In this document: positions 35,756 through 47,567 of the stretch, one piece after another
Layout: every line of letters starts with the position of its first letter
Numbering within the stretch: position 1 is the first letter of the stretch
Source of the DNA: Rhodobacterales bacterium
GTDB lineage: Bacteria > Pseudomonadota > Alphaproteobacteria > Rhodobacterales > CAZPXZ01
Reading direction: 5' to 3'
DNA: 64,000 nt
Assembly: GCA_965221505.1 (NCBI GenBank)
Contig: CBDCSI010000001.1
Location: 2,197,835-2,261,834, forward strand
Made by a program: the position numbers and the translations under genes
The notes under the pieces: generated by a model
The model's database searches: none
Told to the model about the DNA's origin: nothing
Seen by the model: only the letters and a program-made list of their open reading frames with translations

Positions 35756-36628
35756 TCAGGCGCGCACCGGATACCCGGAACCTTCGCGGCCCGCATTCCC
35801 GCCTTGCGTCGGCGCCAGAATCACTTCGCGAAGATACGCCCCGATCCCGCGCGTCCGGTCCCATTGGGCCGGATAGCCGAGCGAAACCTCCTGAAACGGA
35901 ACCCCGTCGATCCAGTCGGTCTTGCGAATGTGGAGATGTCCGTACACCGCCGCGCAGGCGTTGAACCGCCGGTGCCACCCACGGGTTCGCCTGGTTCCGC
36001 ACCACGGCGTGAACCGCGGCGCTCGCGGCAGCACCGCCAGCCGCTCCTCGAGCGGGAAGTGGTTGACCAGAACCGTCGGCAGATCGGCCGGGAGCGCGTT
36101 CAGTCGCGCTTCGCTCGCCGCGCAGCGTTTCGCACACCACGCCTCGCGGTCCGGAAACGGATCCGGCCGAAGGAAGGCCTCGTCGGCACAGAGGCTGCCG
36201 GCCTCGCGCGCCCACGGGACGACCCGCTCCCGCGCGACGTCGTCGGGCCGGAAGCTGTAGTCGTAGAGGAGAAAAAGCGGCGCGACGGCGACCGGTCCGG
36301 CGGCCGGGTCCGGAAACAGCGGATACGGATCTTCCGGCGTGACCACGCCGTGGCCTTGCGCGAGGGAGACGAGCCGCTCGTAGAGCGCCTGCCCGCGCGG
36401 CGCGTCGTCGCCTCGCCTGGAGGACCAGAGTTCGTGGTTGCCGGGCACCCAGAGTACCCGAGCGTATTTTCCGACCAGCGACTCGAAGCAGGCGTTCAGC
36501 AACTCGCTTCCGTTCGCCAGGTCGCCGGCCAGAATCAGCCAGTCTTCGGGATGCGACGGAAACGACTCGAACGCCCGCAAGTTCTCCGGGCGGTTCAGGT
36601 GCAGGTCCGAAATCGCCCACAAGCGCAT
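35756..36628 (-). CDS. Calcineurin-like metallophosphoesterase
   Basis: Track ORF 35756..36697. I place the start at MRLWAISDLHL (comp. 36628). Motifs: DLHL, LAGD, GNHE, ...GHLH. Confidence 0.8.
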   Translation of the reverse strand: MRLWAISDLHLNRPENLRAFESFPSHPEDWLILAGDLANGSELLNACFESLVGKYARVLWVPGNHELWSSRRGDDAPRGQALYERLVSLAQGHGVVTPEDPYPLFPDPAAGPVAVAPLFLLYDYSFRPDDVARERVVPWAREAGSLCADEAFLRPDPFPDREAWCAKRCAASEARLNALPADLPTVLVNHFPLEERLAVLPRAPRFTPWCGTRRTRGWHRRFNACAAVYGHLHIRKTDWIDGVPFQEVSLGYPAQWDRTRGIGAYLREVILAPTQGGNAGREGSGYPVRA

Positions 36629-36784
36629 CCGCGCCGCCCTTCCCTTCCTCGTCCCGGACGCTCGCCGCGCAACCGGTCGGATCGAGCGCGCGGCCACGGC
36701 CCGACCGCTCCCCGAAGAACACGACGACCGCCGATCCTGTGCCGTTTCCCCGGTCCTCCGCCGTCCCCGCCCGTCGGCGGGAGA

Positions 36785-37828
36785 TCAATCCGGACGGCGT
36801 TCCCGGAGATGCTCCCGCACGAGGAGTTCCGCGATCTGGATCGCGTTCAGCGCGGCGCCCTTGCGAAGATTGTCGGATACGCACCACAGGTTCATGCCGT
36901 ATTTCACGGTCGGATCCAGCCGGATCCGGCTGACGAAGGTCTCGTCGCGCCCCGCGCATTCGATCGGCGTCGAATAGCCGCCGTCCTTCCGGCGGTCCAC
37001 GACCGCGACGCCGGGCGCCCGCCCGAGCGCTCCTCTCGCGCCTTGCACCGAGACCGGCCGCTCGAATTCGAGATTGATCGCCTCGGCGTGACCCACGAAC
37101 ACCGGCACTCGCACGCAGGTCGCCGTGACGCGGATGTCGGGGTCGAGAATCCTCGCGGTCTCCGCACGCATCTTCCGCTCTTCCTTCGTATCGCCGCCGT
37201 CCACGAACGAGTCGATGTGGGGAATGACGTTAAAGGCGATCTGCTTGGTGAAGCGTTCCGGTTCCGCCCGTCCGCTCATGATCACGGACCGCGCCTGAGC
37301 CCAGAGTTCGTCCATGGACCGCTTGCCCGCCCCGGAGACCGACTGGTAGGTGGCGACCGCCACCCGGCGAATTCGCCCGAGATCGTGCAGCGGCTTCAGA
37401 ACCACCACCATCTGCGCCGTCGAACAGTTCGGATTGGCGACGATCCCGCCGCCGTTCCTGCCGCTCTCGCGGTATGCGGCGATCGCGGCCGGATTCACCT
37501 CCGGCACGATCAGGGGAATCTTCGGGTTTCGCCGGAAGAAGGAGGAATTGTCGATGACGACGCAGCCCGCCGCCGCCGCCTTGGGAGCGTACGCCTCGGC
37601 TACGGCGGATCCGGCGGCAAACAGGGCGATATCCGTCCCCTCGAAGTCGTACCCCTCCAGGGGACGGCACCGAAGCGCTCTGGAGCCGCATTTGACCTCT
37701 ACGTTTACGGATCGCCGCGAAGCGAGCGGGACGACCTCGTCAGCCGGAAAGGACCGCTCGGCGAGAACGTCCAGCATGACGCGGCCGACGTTTCCGGTCG
37801 CGCCGACGACGGCAACCCGGTAACCCAT
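36785..37828 (-). CDS. asd: Aspartate-semialdehyde dehydrogenase
   Basis: Track ORF of 347 aa with VAVVGATGNVG, ...IVANPNCSTAQMV... (active-site Cys) and the C-terminal family pattern. Confidence 0.92.
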   Translation of the reverse strand: MGYRVAVVGATGNVGRVMLDVLAERSFPADEVVPLASRRSVNVEVKCGSRALRCRPLEGYDFEGTDIALFAAGSAVAEAYAPKAAAAGCVVIDNSSFFRRNPKIPLIVPEVNPAAIAAYRESGRNGGGIVANPNCSTAQMVVVLKPLHDLGRIRRVAVATYQSVSGAGKRSMDELWAQARSVIMSGRAEPERFTKQIAFNVIPHIDSFVDGGDTKEERKMRAETARILDPDIRVTATCVRVPVFVGHAEAINLEFERPVSVQGARGALGRAPGVAVVDRRKDGGYSTPIECAGRDETFVSRIRLDPTVKYGMNLWCVSDNLRKGAALNAIQIAELLVREHLRERRPD

Positions 37829-37849
37829 TCTCCGGTATCTCGCCGGATC

Positions 37850-38950
37850 TCAAGCGAGCGCGTCGACGGCGGCGAGAACCGCGTCCGCCATGCCGGTCGT
37901 CGAAACGGTCGCCTCGCCAGGGCCGGCGATATCCGCCGTACGGGCGCCCTCTTCCAGCGCCCGCGCGACGGCGCCCTCGACCAGGTCCGCGCCCTCGCCG
38001 TCGTCGAGCGAATAGCGCAGCGCCATGGCGAAGCTCTGGATCATGGCCAGCGGATTGGCGATGCCCTGCCCCTCGATGTCGGGCGCCGAGCCGTGTACCG
38101 GTTCGTAGAACGCGCGCCCGGGGCTGCCGTCCATGACGCCGAGCGACGCGGAGGGAAGCATGCCGAGCGACCCGGTCAACATGGCAGCCTCGTCGGAGAG
38201 AATGTCGCCGAACAGATTGTCGGTGACGATCACGTCGAACTGCCGGGGATCGCGCAAGAGCTGCATGGCGCAGTTGTCCGCGTAGATGTGCGTAAGCGCC
38301 ACATCGGGATAGTCCGCCGCTAGAGCGCTCACCTCTTCGCGCCAGAGAACGCCCGACTCCATGACGTTCGCCTTTTCCGCCGAGCAGAGCCTCCCTGACC
38401 TCTTGCCGGCGAGTTCGAACGCCACACGAGCGACCCGCCGGATTTCGGAGGTCGTGTAAGACTGGGTGTTGATGCCCCGGCGCTCCCCGTTCGGCAGCGT
38501 CTCGATCCCCCTCGGCTCGCCGAAATACAGGCCCGAGGTGAGTTCCCGCACGATCAGGACGTCGAGCCCTTCCACCACCTCGCGCTTGAGAGTCGACGCG
38601 TCCGCCAGGGCGTCGAAACAGATCGCCGGGCGGAGATTGGCGAACAGGTCCAGCTCCCGGCGAATCCGCAACAGCCCTCGCTCGGGCTTCCGCTCGAAGG
38701 GCAGCGAATCCCATTTGGGTCCGCCGCACGCGCCGTGCAGGATTACGTCCGCGCGTCGCGCCCGGTCCAGCGTCTCCTCGGCGAGCGGCGTTCCCCGCGC
38801 GTCGATCGACGCGCCTCCTACGATGTCCTCCTCGATCTCGAACGCATAGCCGCGCAAGGCGCCGACGCGATCGATCACCCGGCGAGTCTCGGCCATGATC
38901 TCGACGCCGATGCCGTCGCCCGGCAGCAGGAACAGACTGGGAGTACGCAT
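37850..38950 (-). CDS. leuB: 3-isopropylmalate dehydrogenase
   Basis: Track ORF of 366 aa with [11 protein letters not shown], ...FANLRPA..., [26 protein letters not shown]. Confidence 0.95.
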   Translation of the reverse strand: MRTPSLFLLPGDGIGVEIMAETRRVIDRVGALRGYAFEIEEDIVGGASIDARGTPLAEETLDRARRADVILHGACGGPKWDSLPFERKPERGLLRIRRELDLFANLRPAICFDALADASTLKREVVEGLDVLIVRELTSGLYFGEPRGIETLPNGERRGINTQSYTTSEIRRVARVAFELAGKRSGRLCSAEKANVMESGVLWREEVSALAADYPDVALTHIYADNCAMQLLRDPRQFDVIVTDNLFGDILSDEAAMLTGSLGMLPSASLGVMDGSPGRAFYEPVHGSAPDIEGQGIANPLAMIQSFAMALRYSLDDGEGADLVEGAVARALEEGARTADIAGPGEATVSTTGMADAVLAAVDALA

Positions 38951-38998
38951 GAGGGAACGTTCCTTCGAAAAATGGGCGGGCGGTTCTCGGGCCTCGTA

Positions 38999-39613
38999 TC
39001 AGAGCCAGGGACGCGAAGCCCGGTGGGCCGCCTCGAACCGGTCGATGTCGCCGACCCGCTGCATGGTCAGGCCGATGTCGTCCAGACCGTTCAGCAGGCA
39101 GTTGCGCCGGAACGGATCGATCTCGAACGAAATCGGCTCCGCCTCGTTCCCGGCCCGACGAATTTCGCAATCGTCCAGGTCCACCGTCGCCGTCGCCCTA
39201 TGCGGGTCGGACGCGTCCGCGAGCAGCAGATCGACCTGCTCCTGCGGGAGGGACACCGGAAGAATGCCGTTCTTGAAGCAATTGTTGTTGAAGATGTCCG
39301 CAAAGGACGGCGCGACCACGCAGCGTATGCCGAAATCCAGCAACGCCCACGGCGCATGCTCGCGGGACGAACCGCAGCCGAAATTCTCCCCGGCGACGAG
39401 AATCCGCGCGTCGCGATACGGCTCGCGATTGAGCACGAACTCGCCGACTTCGGCGCCGGTGTCGGGATCCCGGCGCAGTTCCTCGAACAGATGAACCCCC
39501 AGCCCGGTCCGCTTCACGGTCTTCAGGAACTGCTTCGGAATGATCATGTCCGTGTCGACGTTGATCATCGGCAGCGGCGCCATGATCCCCGTCAACCGCC
39601 GAAAGGCTTCCAT
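38999..39613 (-). CDS. leuD: 3-isopropylmalate dehydratase small subunit
   Basis: Track ORF of 204 aa with ...[14 protein letters not shown]... and [17 protein letters not shown]. Confidence 0.95.
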   Translation of the reverse strand: MEAFRRLTGIMAPLPMINVDTDMIIPKQFLKTVKRTGLGVHLFEELRRDPDTGAEVGEFVLNREPYRDARILVAGENFGCGSSREHAPWALLDFGIRCVVAPSFADIFNNNCFKNGILPVSLPQEQVDLLLADASDPHRATATVDLDDCEIRRAGNEAEPISFEIDPFRRNCLLNGLDDIGLTMQRVGDIDRFEAAHRASRPWL

Positions 39614-39685
39614 GTGCCCCCCTGGAATCAGTCGCCGCCCCGCCGCCCGTCGTTCGGGCGGCGGGGCGGCCGGAAAGGTGCGGGA

Positions 39686-40480
39686 TCAGGCGCAGCCGGC
39701 GACGGCGCGGCGCGTCAGTACCCGGACGAGATTGGCCCGGTAGGCCGGCGTGCCGTGCAGGTCGGACAACAGGCCGTCCTCCGAAACCTCGACGCCGTCG
39801 ACCGACTGCGGAACGAACGAGTCCCGGAGCGCGGCCTCGAGCGCGCCCTGCCGGAATACGCCCGATTCTCCCGCGCCGGTAATCGCCACGCGAACGCCGC
39901 CGGCGCCGCGCGACACGAACGAGCCGGTCAGGGCGAAGCGGGAGGCGGGCTGGTCGAATTTCCGGTAGGCGGCGACCGCAGGGATCGCAAACCGCACCGA
40001 CACCACCAGTTCGCCGGCTTCCAGGGCCGTTTCGAACAGGCCGGTAAAGAAGTCGTCGGCCGCGATCTCGCGCGACGAGGTCTGCACGGTCGCCCCCAGT
40101 CCGAGAACCGCAGCCGGCCAGTCGGCCGCCGGATCGTGGTTGGCGATCGAGCCGCCGATGGTGCCGAGATTCCGCACCTGCGGATCGCCGATCCCTCCGG
40201 CGAGGGCCGCAACCGCCGGAATGGCGTTCTGCACCGCGCCCGATCGCGCGACCTCGTCGTGCGTCGTCGCCGCCCCGATGGACAGCGCTCCGTCGCGAAT
40301 CTCGATGCCCCGGAGCTCGTCCAGCTGCCGGATGTCGACGAGCGACGAAGGCGACGCAAGCCGCTGCTTGAGGGTCGGGAGAAGAGTCTGTCCGCCCGCG
40401 ACCGCGGTCGCACCGTCTGCCTGCAGAGCCGCCAGCGCCTCGCCGAGCGAAGCCGGGCGGACATAGTCAAATGCATACAT
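39686..40480 (-). CDS. coxM: FAD-binding medium subunit of a xanthine-dehydrogenase-family molybdo-enzyme (CoxM-like)
   Basis: Track ORF of 264 aa with ...AGGQTLLPTLK.R... and ...GT.GGS.A..DPA.D. Confidence 0.88.
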   Translation of the reverse strand: MYAFDYVRPASLGEALAALQADGATAVAGGQTLLPTLKQRLASPSSLVDIRQLDELRGIEIRDGALSIGAATTHDEVARSGAVQNAIPAVAALAGGIGDPQVRNLGTIGGSIANHDPAADWPAAVLGLGATVQTSSREIAADDFFTGLFETALEAGELVVSVRFAIPAVAAYRKFDQPASRFALTGSFVSRGAGGVRVAITGAGESGVFRQGALEAALRDSFVPQSVDGVEVSEDGLLSDLHGTPAYRANLVRVLTRRAVAGCA

Positions 40481-40504
40481 CTTCGAATTCTCCTTCCGTC
40501 CCGC

Positions 40505-42868
40505 TCAGCCGGCGGCCGCCTGCAGCGCGCTCCACACCCTGCCCGGGGAAGCCGGCATCTCGATGTGGGTGACGCCCCGCGACGCCAGGGCGTCGTGAAC
40601 CGCGTTCATGACCGCGGCAGGAGAGCCGATCGCTCCCGCTTCGCCGCATCCCTTCGCCCCGAGCGGATTATGGGTGCAGGCCGTGGCGCACATGTCCAGG
40701 GTGAAGCTCGGCACGTCGTCCGCCCGCGGCATGGTGTAATCCATGTAGCTGGCGCTCTGGAGCTGCCCGTCCGCGTCGTAGACGCAATTCTCGACCAGCG
40801 CCTGCCCGATGCCCTGGACCAGGCCGCCATGGACCTGGCCCTGCACGATCATCGGGTTGATCACCGTGCCGAAGTCGTCGGCCGCCGAGAAGCGGTCGAT
40901 GACGACCGAACCGGTGTCGGGGTCGATCTCCACCTCGCACACGTAGGTGCCGGACGGGAAGGTGAAGTTCTTCGGGTCGTAGAACGCGGTCTCCTCGAGG
41001 CCCGGCTCGAGCGTCTCGATCGGGTAGTTGTGCGGAACGTAGGCGGTCAGCGCCACCGTGCCGAAATCCGTGACCTTGTCGGTCCCGGCGACCTTGAACG
41101 CCCCGTCTTCGAACACGACGTCCGCTTCGGAGGCCTCCATCAGGTGGGCCGCGATCTTCTTTCCCTTCTCCACGATCTTCTCGGCCGCGCGAACGATCGC
41201 CGAGCCGCCGACGGCGGCGGAGCGGGAGCCGTAGGTTCCCATGCCGAACGGAATCCGCCCGGTGTCGCCGTGCACCACGTCGACCGAATCCGGATCCACG
41301 CCGAGATACTCCGCCACGATCTGCGCGAACGCGGTCTCGTGTCCCTGCCCGTGGCTGTGGGATCCGGTCAGGAGCGAAACCGAGCCGGTCGGATTGACCC
41401 GGATGGTCGCCGCCTCGTAGAGCCCGGCGCGGGCGCCGAGAGCTCCCGCGACCGCCGACGGCGCGATGCCGCAGGCTTCGATATAGGACGAGAGTCCGAC
41501 GCCCCGGATCTTGCCGTCGGCTTCGGACGCCGCCTTGCGCGCCTCGTATCCGGCGTAGTCGGAAATCTCCAGCGCCCGATCGAGCACGGTCTGGAAATCG
41601 CCGGTGTCGTATTCAAGCGCAACCGGGGTCTGGTAGGGAAACTGGTCCGGCTGGATCAGGTTCCGGCGCCGCAGCTCCACCCGGTCGATCCCCATCTCCC
41701 GGGCCGCCGTCTCCACCAGCCGCTCGACCACGTAGGTCGCCTCGGGCCGGCCGGCGCCGCGATACGCGTCCACCGGCACGGTGTTGGTGAACACCGCCTG
41801 AACCCGGCAATGGATCGCCGGCGTCGCGTATTGGCCGGCGAGCAGCGTCGCGTGCAGGTAGGTCGGAATGCTCGGCGCGAAGGTGGACAGATACGCACCC
41901 ATATTGGCCCTCGTGTCCGCGCGGAGGCCGAGAAACTTCCCGTCCGCGTCGAGCGCCAGTTCGGCGACCGTCTCGTGGTCCCGCGCATGGGCGTCCGTGA
42001 CGAAGGCTTCCGAGCGGTCCGCCGTCCACTTCAGCGGACGCCCGACTTCCTTCGAGGCCCAGGTCAGGAACGCCTCCTCTGCGTAGTGGTAGATCTTGGA
42101 CCCGAATCCGCCGCCCACGTCCGGAGCGACCACCCGCAGCTTGTGTTCCGGAATGGAGAGGACGAACGCGCCCATGAGCAGCCGGATCACATGCGGGTTC
42201 TGCGAGGTCGTGTACAGCGTGTATTCGCCGCTCGCGACGTCGTATTCCCCGATCCCGGCCCTGGGCTCCATGGCGTTCGGAACCAGCCTGTTGTTGACGA
42301 ATTCGAGCCGGGTCACGTGCGCCGCGGACGCGAACGCCGCGTCGGTCGCCTCGCTGTCGCCGAACGTCCAATCGAAGCACAGGTTGTTGGGGACGTCGTC
42401 ATGGACCAGGGTTCCGCCCGCGAGCGCGGATTCCATGTCCACGACCGCCGGGCGCTCGTCGAGATCCACGCGGATCTTCTCGGCCGCGTCCCGGGCTTCG
42501 CTCGGCGTCTCCGCCACCACCGCGGCGATGGGATCGCCGACGTGGCGAACGCTGCCCGAGGCGAGAATCGGATGCTTGGGCTCCTTCATCGGTTCCCCGT
42601 GCTTGTCGTGAACCAGCCAGCCGCAGGGCAGCCCGCCCAACCCGGCCGCTTCGATGTCCGCCCCGGTAAACACGCGGATGACGCCGGGCGACGCCTCCGC
42701 TTCCGACGCGTCGATGCCGTTGATACCCGCATTCGCGACCTGGGCGCGCAGGAACGCCACATGGGCCTGTCCGGGCCGGTTCAGGTCGTCGGTATAGGTT
42801 CCGCGTCCGGTCAGGAACCGGACGTCTTCGCGGCGCGTCAAGGATGCGCCAATGCCGTTTTCGCTCAT
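40505..42868 (-). CDS. coxL: Molybdopterin large subunit, form-II CoxL-like (AYRGAGR active-site loop)
   Basis: Tail of track ORF 40505..43228. I place the start at [23 protein letters not shown] (comp. 42868), with GGAAGGAGGG 7 nt upstream. It contains [13 protein letters not shown] rather than the form-I AYxCSFR loop. Confidence 0.9.
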   Translation of the reverse strand: MSENGIGASLTRREDVRFLTGRGTYTDDLNRPGQAHVAFLRAQVANAGINGIDASEAEASPGVIRVFTGADIEAAGLGGLPCGWLVHDKHGEPMKEPKHPILASGSVRHVGDPIAAVVAETPSEARDAAEKIRVDLDERPAVVDMESALAGGTLVHDDVPNNLCFDWTFGDSEATDAAFASAAHVTRLEFVNNRLVPNAMEPRAGIGEYDVASGEYTLYTTSQNPHVIRLLMGAFVLSIPEHKLRVVAPDVGGGFGSKIYHYAEEAFLTWASKEVGRPLKWTADRSEAFVTDAHARDHETVAELALDADGKFLGLRADTRANMGAYLSTFAPSIPTYLHATLLAGQYATPAIHCRVQAVFTNTVPVDAYRGAGRPEATYVVERLVETAAREMGIDRVELRRRNLIQPDQFPYQTPVALEYDTGDFQTVLDRALEISDYAGYEARKAASEADGKIRGVGLSSYIEACGIAPSAVAGALGARAGLYEAATIRVNPTGSVSLLTGSHSHGQGHETAFAQIVAEYLGVDPDSVDVVHGDTGRIPFGMGTYGSRSAAVGGSAIVRAAEKIVEKGKKIAAHLMEASEADVVFEDGAFKVAGTDKVTDFGTVALTAYVPHNYPIETLEPGLEETAFYDPKNFTFPSGTYVCEVEIDPDTGSVVIDRFSAADDFGTVINPMIVQGQVHGGLVQGIGQALVENCVYDADGQLQSASYMDYTMPRADDVPSFTLDMCATACTHNPLGAKGCGEAGAIGSPAAVMNAVHDALASRGVTHIEMPASPGRVWSALQAAAG

Positions 42869-42894
42869 CGAATTCCCTCCTTCCTGCGCCGGTC

Positions 42895-43359
<465 letters not shown>

Positions 43360-43582
43360 CCGTCTCATCCCTCTGAAACTCGCTTGCGCGTACGCGCTCG
43401 CATAATGCGTTCGCCGAGCTTGCCGGTCAACCTGCACGCCGGACTGCGCATGCGCCGACGCCTCGGCCGCCGGACCGGAAAGCCCCCGCCGTGCCGCAGG
43501 ATCGCCCGCCGACGGAGAACGCCGCACCGGGCGAATCGCGCTACGGGCCGGCGTCCCTGTCCGGCCGTTCTACTCGCCGCGG

Positions 43583-44059
43583 CTAGGTCGCGCTCTCCGC
43601 GATTGCCTCTTCGGCCCGTTCCGGACCCAGGGCGGCGTTGAAGCCCTCGAAAAAGGCCTTGGCGCTGGACTTCGCGACGGCGTTGATCAGGCGGGATCCG
43701 AGCTGCGCGATCTTCCCGCGGATCTGCACGTCGACCTCGTAGCTCAACCGGGTTCCGCCTTCCGATTCCTCGAGTCGGACATGCGCGTCGCCGCGGGCCG
43801 ACCCGGCGGCGCCGGCCTTGCCCTCGCCGGAGATGACGTATCGCTCGCCTTCGACCACGTCGGAGATTTCGACGACGCCCTCGAAGCGTGCGTTCACCGG
43901 GCCGATCTTGCGCCGAACCACTGCCGCGAACTTGTTGGGCTCGGTGTTCTCGAAGGATTCGCAGCCCGGTATGCAGGCCTGGAGAGTGACCGGGTCGTTG
44001 AGCGCCCGCCAGACGTCCGCCGTCGGCGCCGCGAGGAAGTAGGAATCTTCGATCTTCAT
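43583..44059 (-). CDS. coxG: SRPBCC-fold CoxG-like protein
   Basis: Tail of track ORF 43583..45007. I place the start at MKIEDSYFLAAPTADVWRALNDP (comp. 44059). Typical CoxG N-terminus, with ...GPVNARF.G...... Confidence 0.85.
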   Translation of the reverse strand: MKIEDSYFLAAPTADVWRALNDPVTLQACIPGCESFENTEPNKFAAVVRRKIGPVNARFEGVVEISDVVEGERYVISGEGKAGAAGSARGDAHVRLEESEGGTRLSYEVDVQIRGKIAQLGSRLINAVAKSSAKAFFEGFNAALGPERAEEAIAESAT

Positions 44060-44686
44060 GACTGGGCCTCGTCCCTCCAGGTTCCTTTCCGGCCGCCCGG
44101 GTCCCGGCGGGGGCATCATAGCGCGAGCGCTACCGCCTACGGACCGGTTTCCGGTCGCCCGTCGGACCTGTTGCCGTAACGCGCGCCGTGCGAGCGCAAG
44201 CCATGCGAGCCCGTGTCGTGCCGGGGAAGCCGACTCGGTCGCGAGAGCGAATCGCCGCCCTGCCTTGCGGATGCGGACCGCCAGAGGAGTTTCGCGATAC
44301 GCCCGGTTCGAGCGAGTCCCTCGGCTCGCGCTCGTTGCCGAAGCGATTTGCCTGCCGGCGACGAGCGGATTGCCGGAAGGAAACGGCGTGGGTCGCGACG
44401 GGGCCCCTGACGCGACGCGCGGAAACGGACGCCCTGCCATCTCGCCTCGGCGCAGGGCAGCCGGCGCGACCGGCTGCGGTCTCTTCGCGAGCCGACGAGG
44501 TAGCGCCGCCGGGAACGCCCGGATGCGGATCCGCTCGACGGGTTCCCGCTCCTGGGGCGGGACTTCGACGAGGCGTTCCGGGGCGCGGATTTGGTGCATA
44601 ATCGGCGCTGCCGCGAATCCGCCGAAGCGTCCGCCAGGGTCGGCGGGGCCCGGACCCCGGATTCGCACGGCAACGAGGAGCCGCCC

Positions 44687-45853
44687 ATGCCCGACCTGCC
44701 GCAACTGGCTTTCGACCACGGCGAGGAAATCGACCTCCTCCGCCATACGGTCGCCGACTTCGCGGCGCGCGAGATCGCGCCCCGCGCGGCCGAGATCGAC
44801 CGCGACGACCGCTTTCCGCAGGATCTGTGGGCGAAGATGGGCGCGCTCGGTCTCCTCGGCATTACCGTCCCCGAATCGGACGGCGGCGCCGGGATGAGCT
44901 ATCTCGCCCACGTGATCGCCATGGAGGAACTCAGCCGCGCTTCCGCCTCGGTCGGGCTCTCCTACGGCGCCCATTCCAATCTGGCCGTGAACCAGATCCG
45001 GCTGCACGGAACGGAACGACAGAAGGCGCGTGCGCTGCCGCCGCTGATCTCCGGCGAGGCCGTCGGCGCGCTCGCCATGACCGAACCGACCTCCGGGTCC
45101 GACGTGGTCTCCATGCGGCTGCGCGCCGAAAAGCGCAACGACCGGTTCGTGCTGAACGGCACCAAGCTCTGGATCACCAACGCGCCGGACGCGGACTTTC
45201 TGGTGGTTTACGCGAAGACCGACCCGGACGCGGGGTCACGCGGAATCACCGCCTTCCTGATCGAATCGGGCTTCGAGGGATTCCGGACCGGGCGGCGAAT
45301 CGACAAGCTCGGCATGCGCGGCTCGCACACCGGCGAGCTGATCTTCGAGGACTGCGAGGTCCCCTTCGACAACGTGCTCGGGGAGGAGGGGCGCGGCGTC
45401 GAGGTGCTGATGTCGGGTCTCGATTCCGAGCGCTTGGTTCTCGCCGGCGGCCCGCTCGGAATCATGGCCGCCTGCATGGACGTCGCGATCCCCTACGTGC
45501 ACGAGCGGCGGCAGTTCGGCAAGGCGATCGGCGAGTTCGAACTCATGCAGGGCAAGCTGGCCGACATGTACGCCAGGTGGACCAGCGCCCGCGCCTACGT
45601 CTATGCGGTCGCCCAGGCCTGCGACCGACGGCGGGCCGCCCGCATGGATTCGGCCGGCGCCATCCTGCTCTCGGCCGAAACGGCGACGTGGATGGCCGGT
45701 CAGACCATCCAGGCCCTCGGCGCGATGGGCTACGCGTCCGAGACCGCCGCCGGACGGCTCTGGCGGGACGCCAAGCTCTACGAGATCGGCGCCGGGACCT
45801 CTGAAATCCGCCGCTACCTGATCGGCCGGGAGCTGTTCGAGAAAACGCGATGA
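44687..45853 (+). CDS. ivd: Isovaleryl-CoA dehydrogenase
   Basis: Track ORF 44591..45853. I place the start at [14 protein letters not shown] (ATG 44687), with GAGGAG upstream. It shows the acyl-CoA dehydrogenase pattern ...[12 protein letters not shown]... and ...[18 protein letters not shown]. Confidence 0.9.
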   Translation: MPDLPQLAFDHGEEIDLLRHTVADFAAREIAPRAAEIDRDDRFPQDLWAKMGALGLLGITVPESDGGAGMSYLAHVIAMEELSRASASVGLSYGAHSNLAVNQIRLHGTERQKARALPPLISGEAVGALAMTEPTSGSDVVSMRLRAEKRNDRFVLNGTKLWITNAPDADFLVVYAKTDPDAGSRGITAFLIESGFEGFRTGRRIDKLGMRGSHTGELIFEDCEVPFDNVLGEEGRGVEVLMSGLDSERLVLAGGPLGIMAACMDVAIPYVHERRQFGKAIGEFELMQGKLADMYARWTSARAYVYAVAQACDRRRAARMDSAGAILLSAETATWMAGQTIQALGAMGYASETAAGRLWRDAKLYEIGAGTSEIRRYLIGRELFEKTR

Positions 45854-47457
45854 GCGTCATCCGGAGCGCGGTGTCCACCCGCTCGGAGGATTTCCGGGCG
45901 CGGGAAGCGGCCATGAGAGCCGCGGTTTCGCTCTTGCGCGAGCGCCTCGCCTCCGTCGCGCTCGGCGGTCCGGAGCGGGCCCGTGCGCGCCACGTCGCGC
46001 GCGGCAAATTGCTGCCCCGCGAACGCATCGACCGTCTGGTGGACCCGGGCAGCCCGTTTCTGGAGGTGGGTGCGCTCAGCGCATGGGGCCTCTACGGCGG
46101 CGACGCGCCCTCGGCCGGCGTCGTCGCAGGGGTCGGAAGCGTCTCCGGGCGCGAATGCGTCGTCGTCGCCAACGACGCCACCGTCAAGGGCGGAGCCTAC
46201 TTCCCGATGACGGTGAAGAAGCATCTGCGCGCCCAGGAGATCGCGGCGGAGAACGCGCTCCCCTGCATCTATCTGGTCGACTCCGGCGGCGCCAACCTTC
46301 CCTTCCAGGACGAGGTGTTTCCGGATCGCGACCACTTCGGAAGGATCTTCTACAACCAGGCGCGCATGTCCGCCGCCGGCATACCGCAGATCGCGGCGGT
46401 GCTCGGCTCTTGTACCGCCGGCGGCGCGTACGTCCCGGCCATGTCCGACGAAACGGTCATCGTCCGAAATCAGGGAACGATCTTCCTCGGCGGACCGCCG
46501 CTCGTACGCGCCGCCACCGGCGAGCGCGTGACGGCCGAGGAACTCGGCGGCGGCGACGTCCATACCCGACTCTCCGGGGTCGCGGACCACCTCGCGGACA
46601 ACGACGCCCATGCCCTGAACCTGGTGCGCGGAATCGTCGGCCGTCTCGGCGCCGGCACGCCTGCCGCGCTCGACGTCGCGGAGCCGGAGGATCCGCTCTA
46701 CGATCCGGCGGAAATCTACGGCATCGTCCCCCGGGACCTGCGCACGCCTTACGACGTCCGGGAAGTCGTCGCGCGGCTGGTCGACGGCTCTCGCCTCGAC
46801 GAGTTCAAGTCGCGCTTCGGCCCCACCCTGGTCACCGGCTTCGCCCGGATCGAGGGAATGCCGGTCGGCGTGATCGCGAACGACGGGATCCTGTATTCCG
46901 AATCCGCGCTCAAGGCAACGCACTTCGTAGAACTCTGCTGCTTTCGCCGCATCCCGCTGGTGTTTCTGCAGAATATTGCCGGGTTCATGGTCGGCCGAAA
47001 ATACGAGGCGGAGGGAATCGCCCGGCACGGAGCGAAGATGGTGCATGCGGTGGCGACCGCGCAGGTGCCGAAATTCACCGTTCTGATCGGCGGCAGCTTC
47101 GGCGCCGGAAACTACGGCATGTGCGGCCGCGCCTACCAGCCCCGCTTCCTCTGGACCTGGCCGAACTCGCGGATTTCGGTGATGGGCGGCCGGGAGGCGG
47201 CGACGGTTCTCGCCGCCGTCCGGCGCGATTCGCTGGAAGCGGCCGGCGAATCCTGGAGCGAGGCGGACGAGGAGGCGTTCAAGGCGCCGGTCGAGGAGTC
47301 CTTCGAGACCCAGGGAAGCCCCTACTACGCCACCGCGCGGGGATGGGACGACGGGATCGTGGACCCGGCCGACACGCGCCGGATACTGGCGCTCTCCCTT
47401 GCGGCCAGCCTGAACGCGCCGATCCCCGAGACCGGGTTCGGAGTGTTTCGAATGTAG
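45850..47457 (+). CDS. mccB: Methylcrotonyl-CoA carboxylase carboxyltransferase (beta) subunit
   Basis: Track ORF of 535 aa whose start overlaps the ivd stop. Segments read: ...[26 protein letters not shown]... and ...LVDSGGA.LP.Q. Confidence 0.9.
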   Translation: MSVIRSAVSTRSEDFRAREAAMRAAVSLLRERLASVALGGPERARARHVARGKLLPRERIDRLVDPGSPFLEVGALSAWGLYGGDAPSAGVVAGVGSVSGRECVVVANDATVKGGAYFPMTVKKHLRAQEIAAENALPCIYLVDSGGANLPFQDEVFPDRDHFGRIFYNQARMSAAGIPQIAAVLGSCTAGGAYVPAMSDETVIVRNQGTIFLGGPPLVRAATGERVTAEELGGGDVHTRLSGVADHLADNDAHALNLVRGIVGRLGAGTPAALDVAEPEDPLYDPAEIYGIVPRDLRTPYDVREVVARLVDGSRLDEFKSRFGPTLVTGFARIEGMPVGVIANDGILYSESALKATHFVELCCFRRIPLVFLQNIAGFMVGRKYEAEGIARHGAKMVHAVATAQVPKFTVLIGGSFGAGNYGMCGRAYQPRFLWTWPNSRISVMGGREAATVLAAVRRDSLEAAGESWSEADEEAFKAPVEESFETQGSPYYATARGWDDGIVDPADTRRILALSLAASLNAPIPETGFGVFRM

Positions 47458-47567
47458 GGCATGCGGCGTTCGCGACGCGCGCGTTGCGGCCCGGCTCCTC
47501 CGCGCCTACCTTCGACCGCATGACGGGCCCGGGGGACGCGGTCCGCGCAGAAGGGGGAGCGTACCCG

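Noticed and set aside
33656-38323. Very long plus-strand track ORFs (33656..38323, 1555 aa; 38735..42940, 1401 aa; 59497..61953, 818 aa; 3174..5219, 681 aa; 5219..7348, 709 aa; 7513..9162; 9077..10927; 16882..19626; 32235..34163, among others).
   Set aside because: Their translations are dominated by Arg/Gly/Pro/Ala runs with no recognisable motifs. Each lies antisense to, or in an alternate frame of, genes with unambiguous family signatures (mgtE, asd, leuB, coxL, OYE, ABC components, SNF2). Long stop-free shadow frames are expected at this G+C content.
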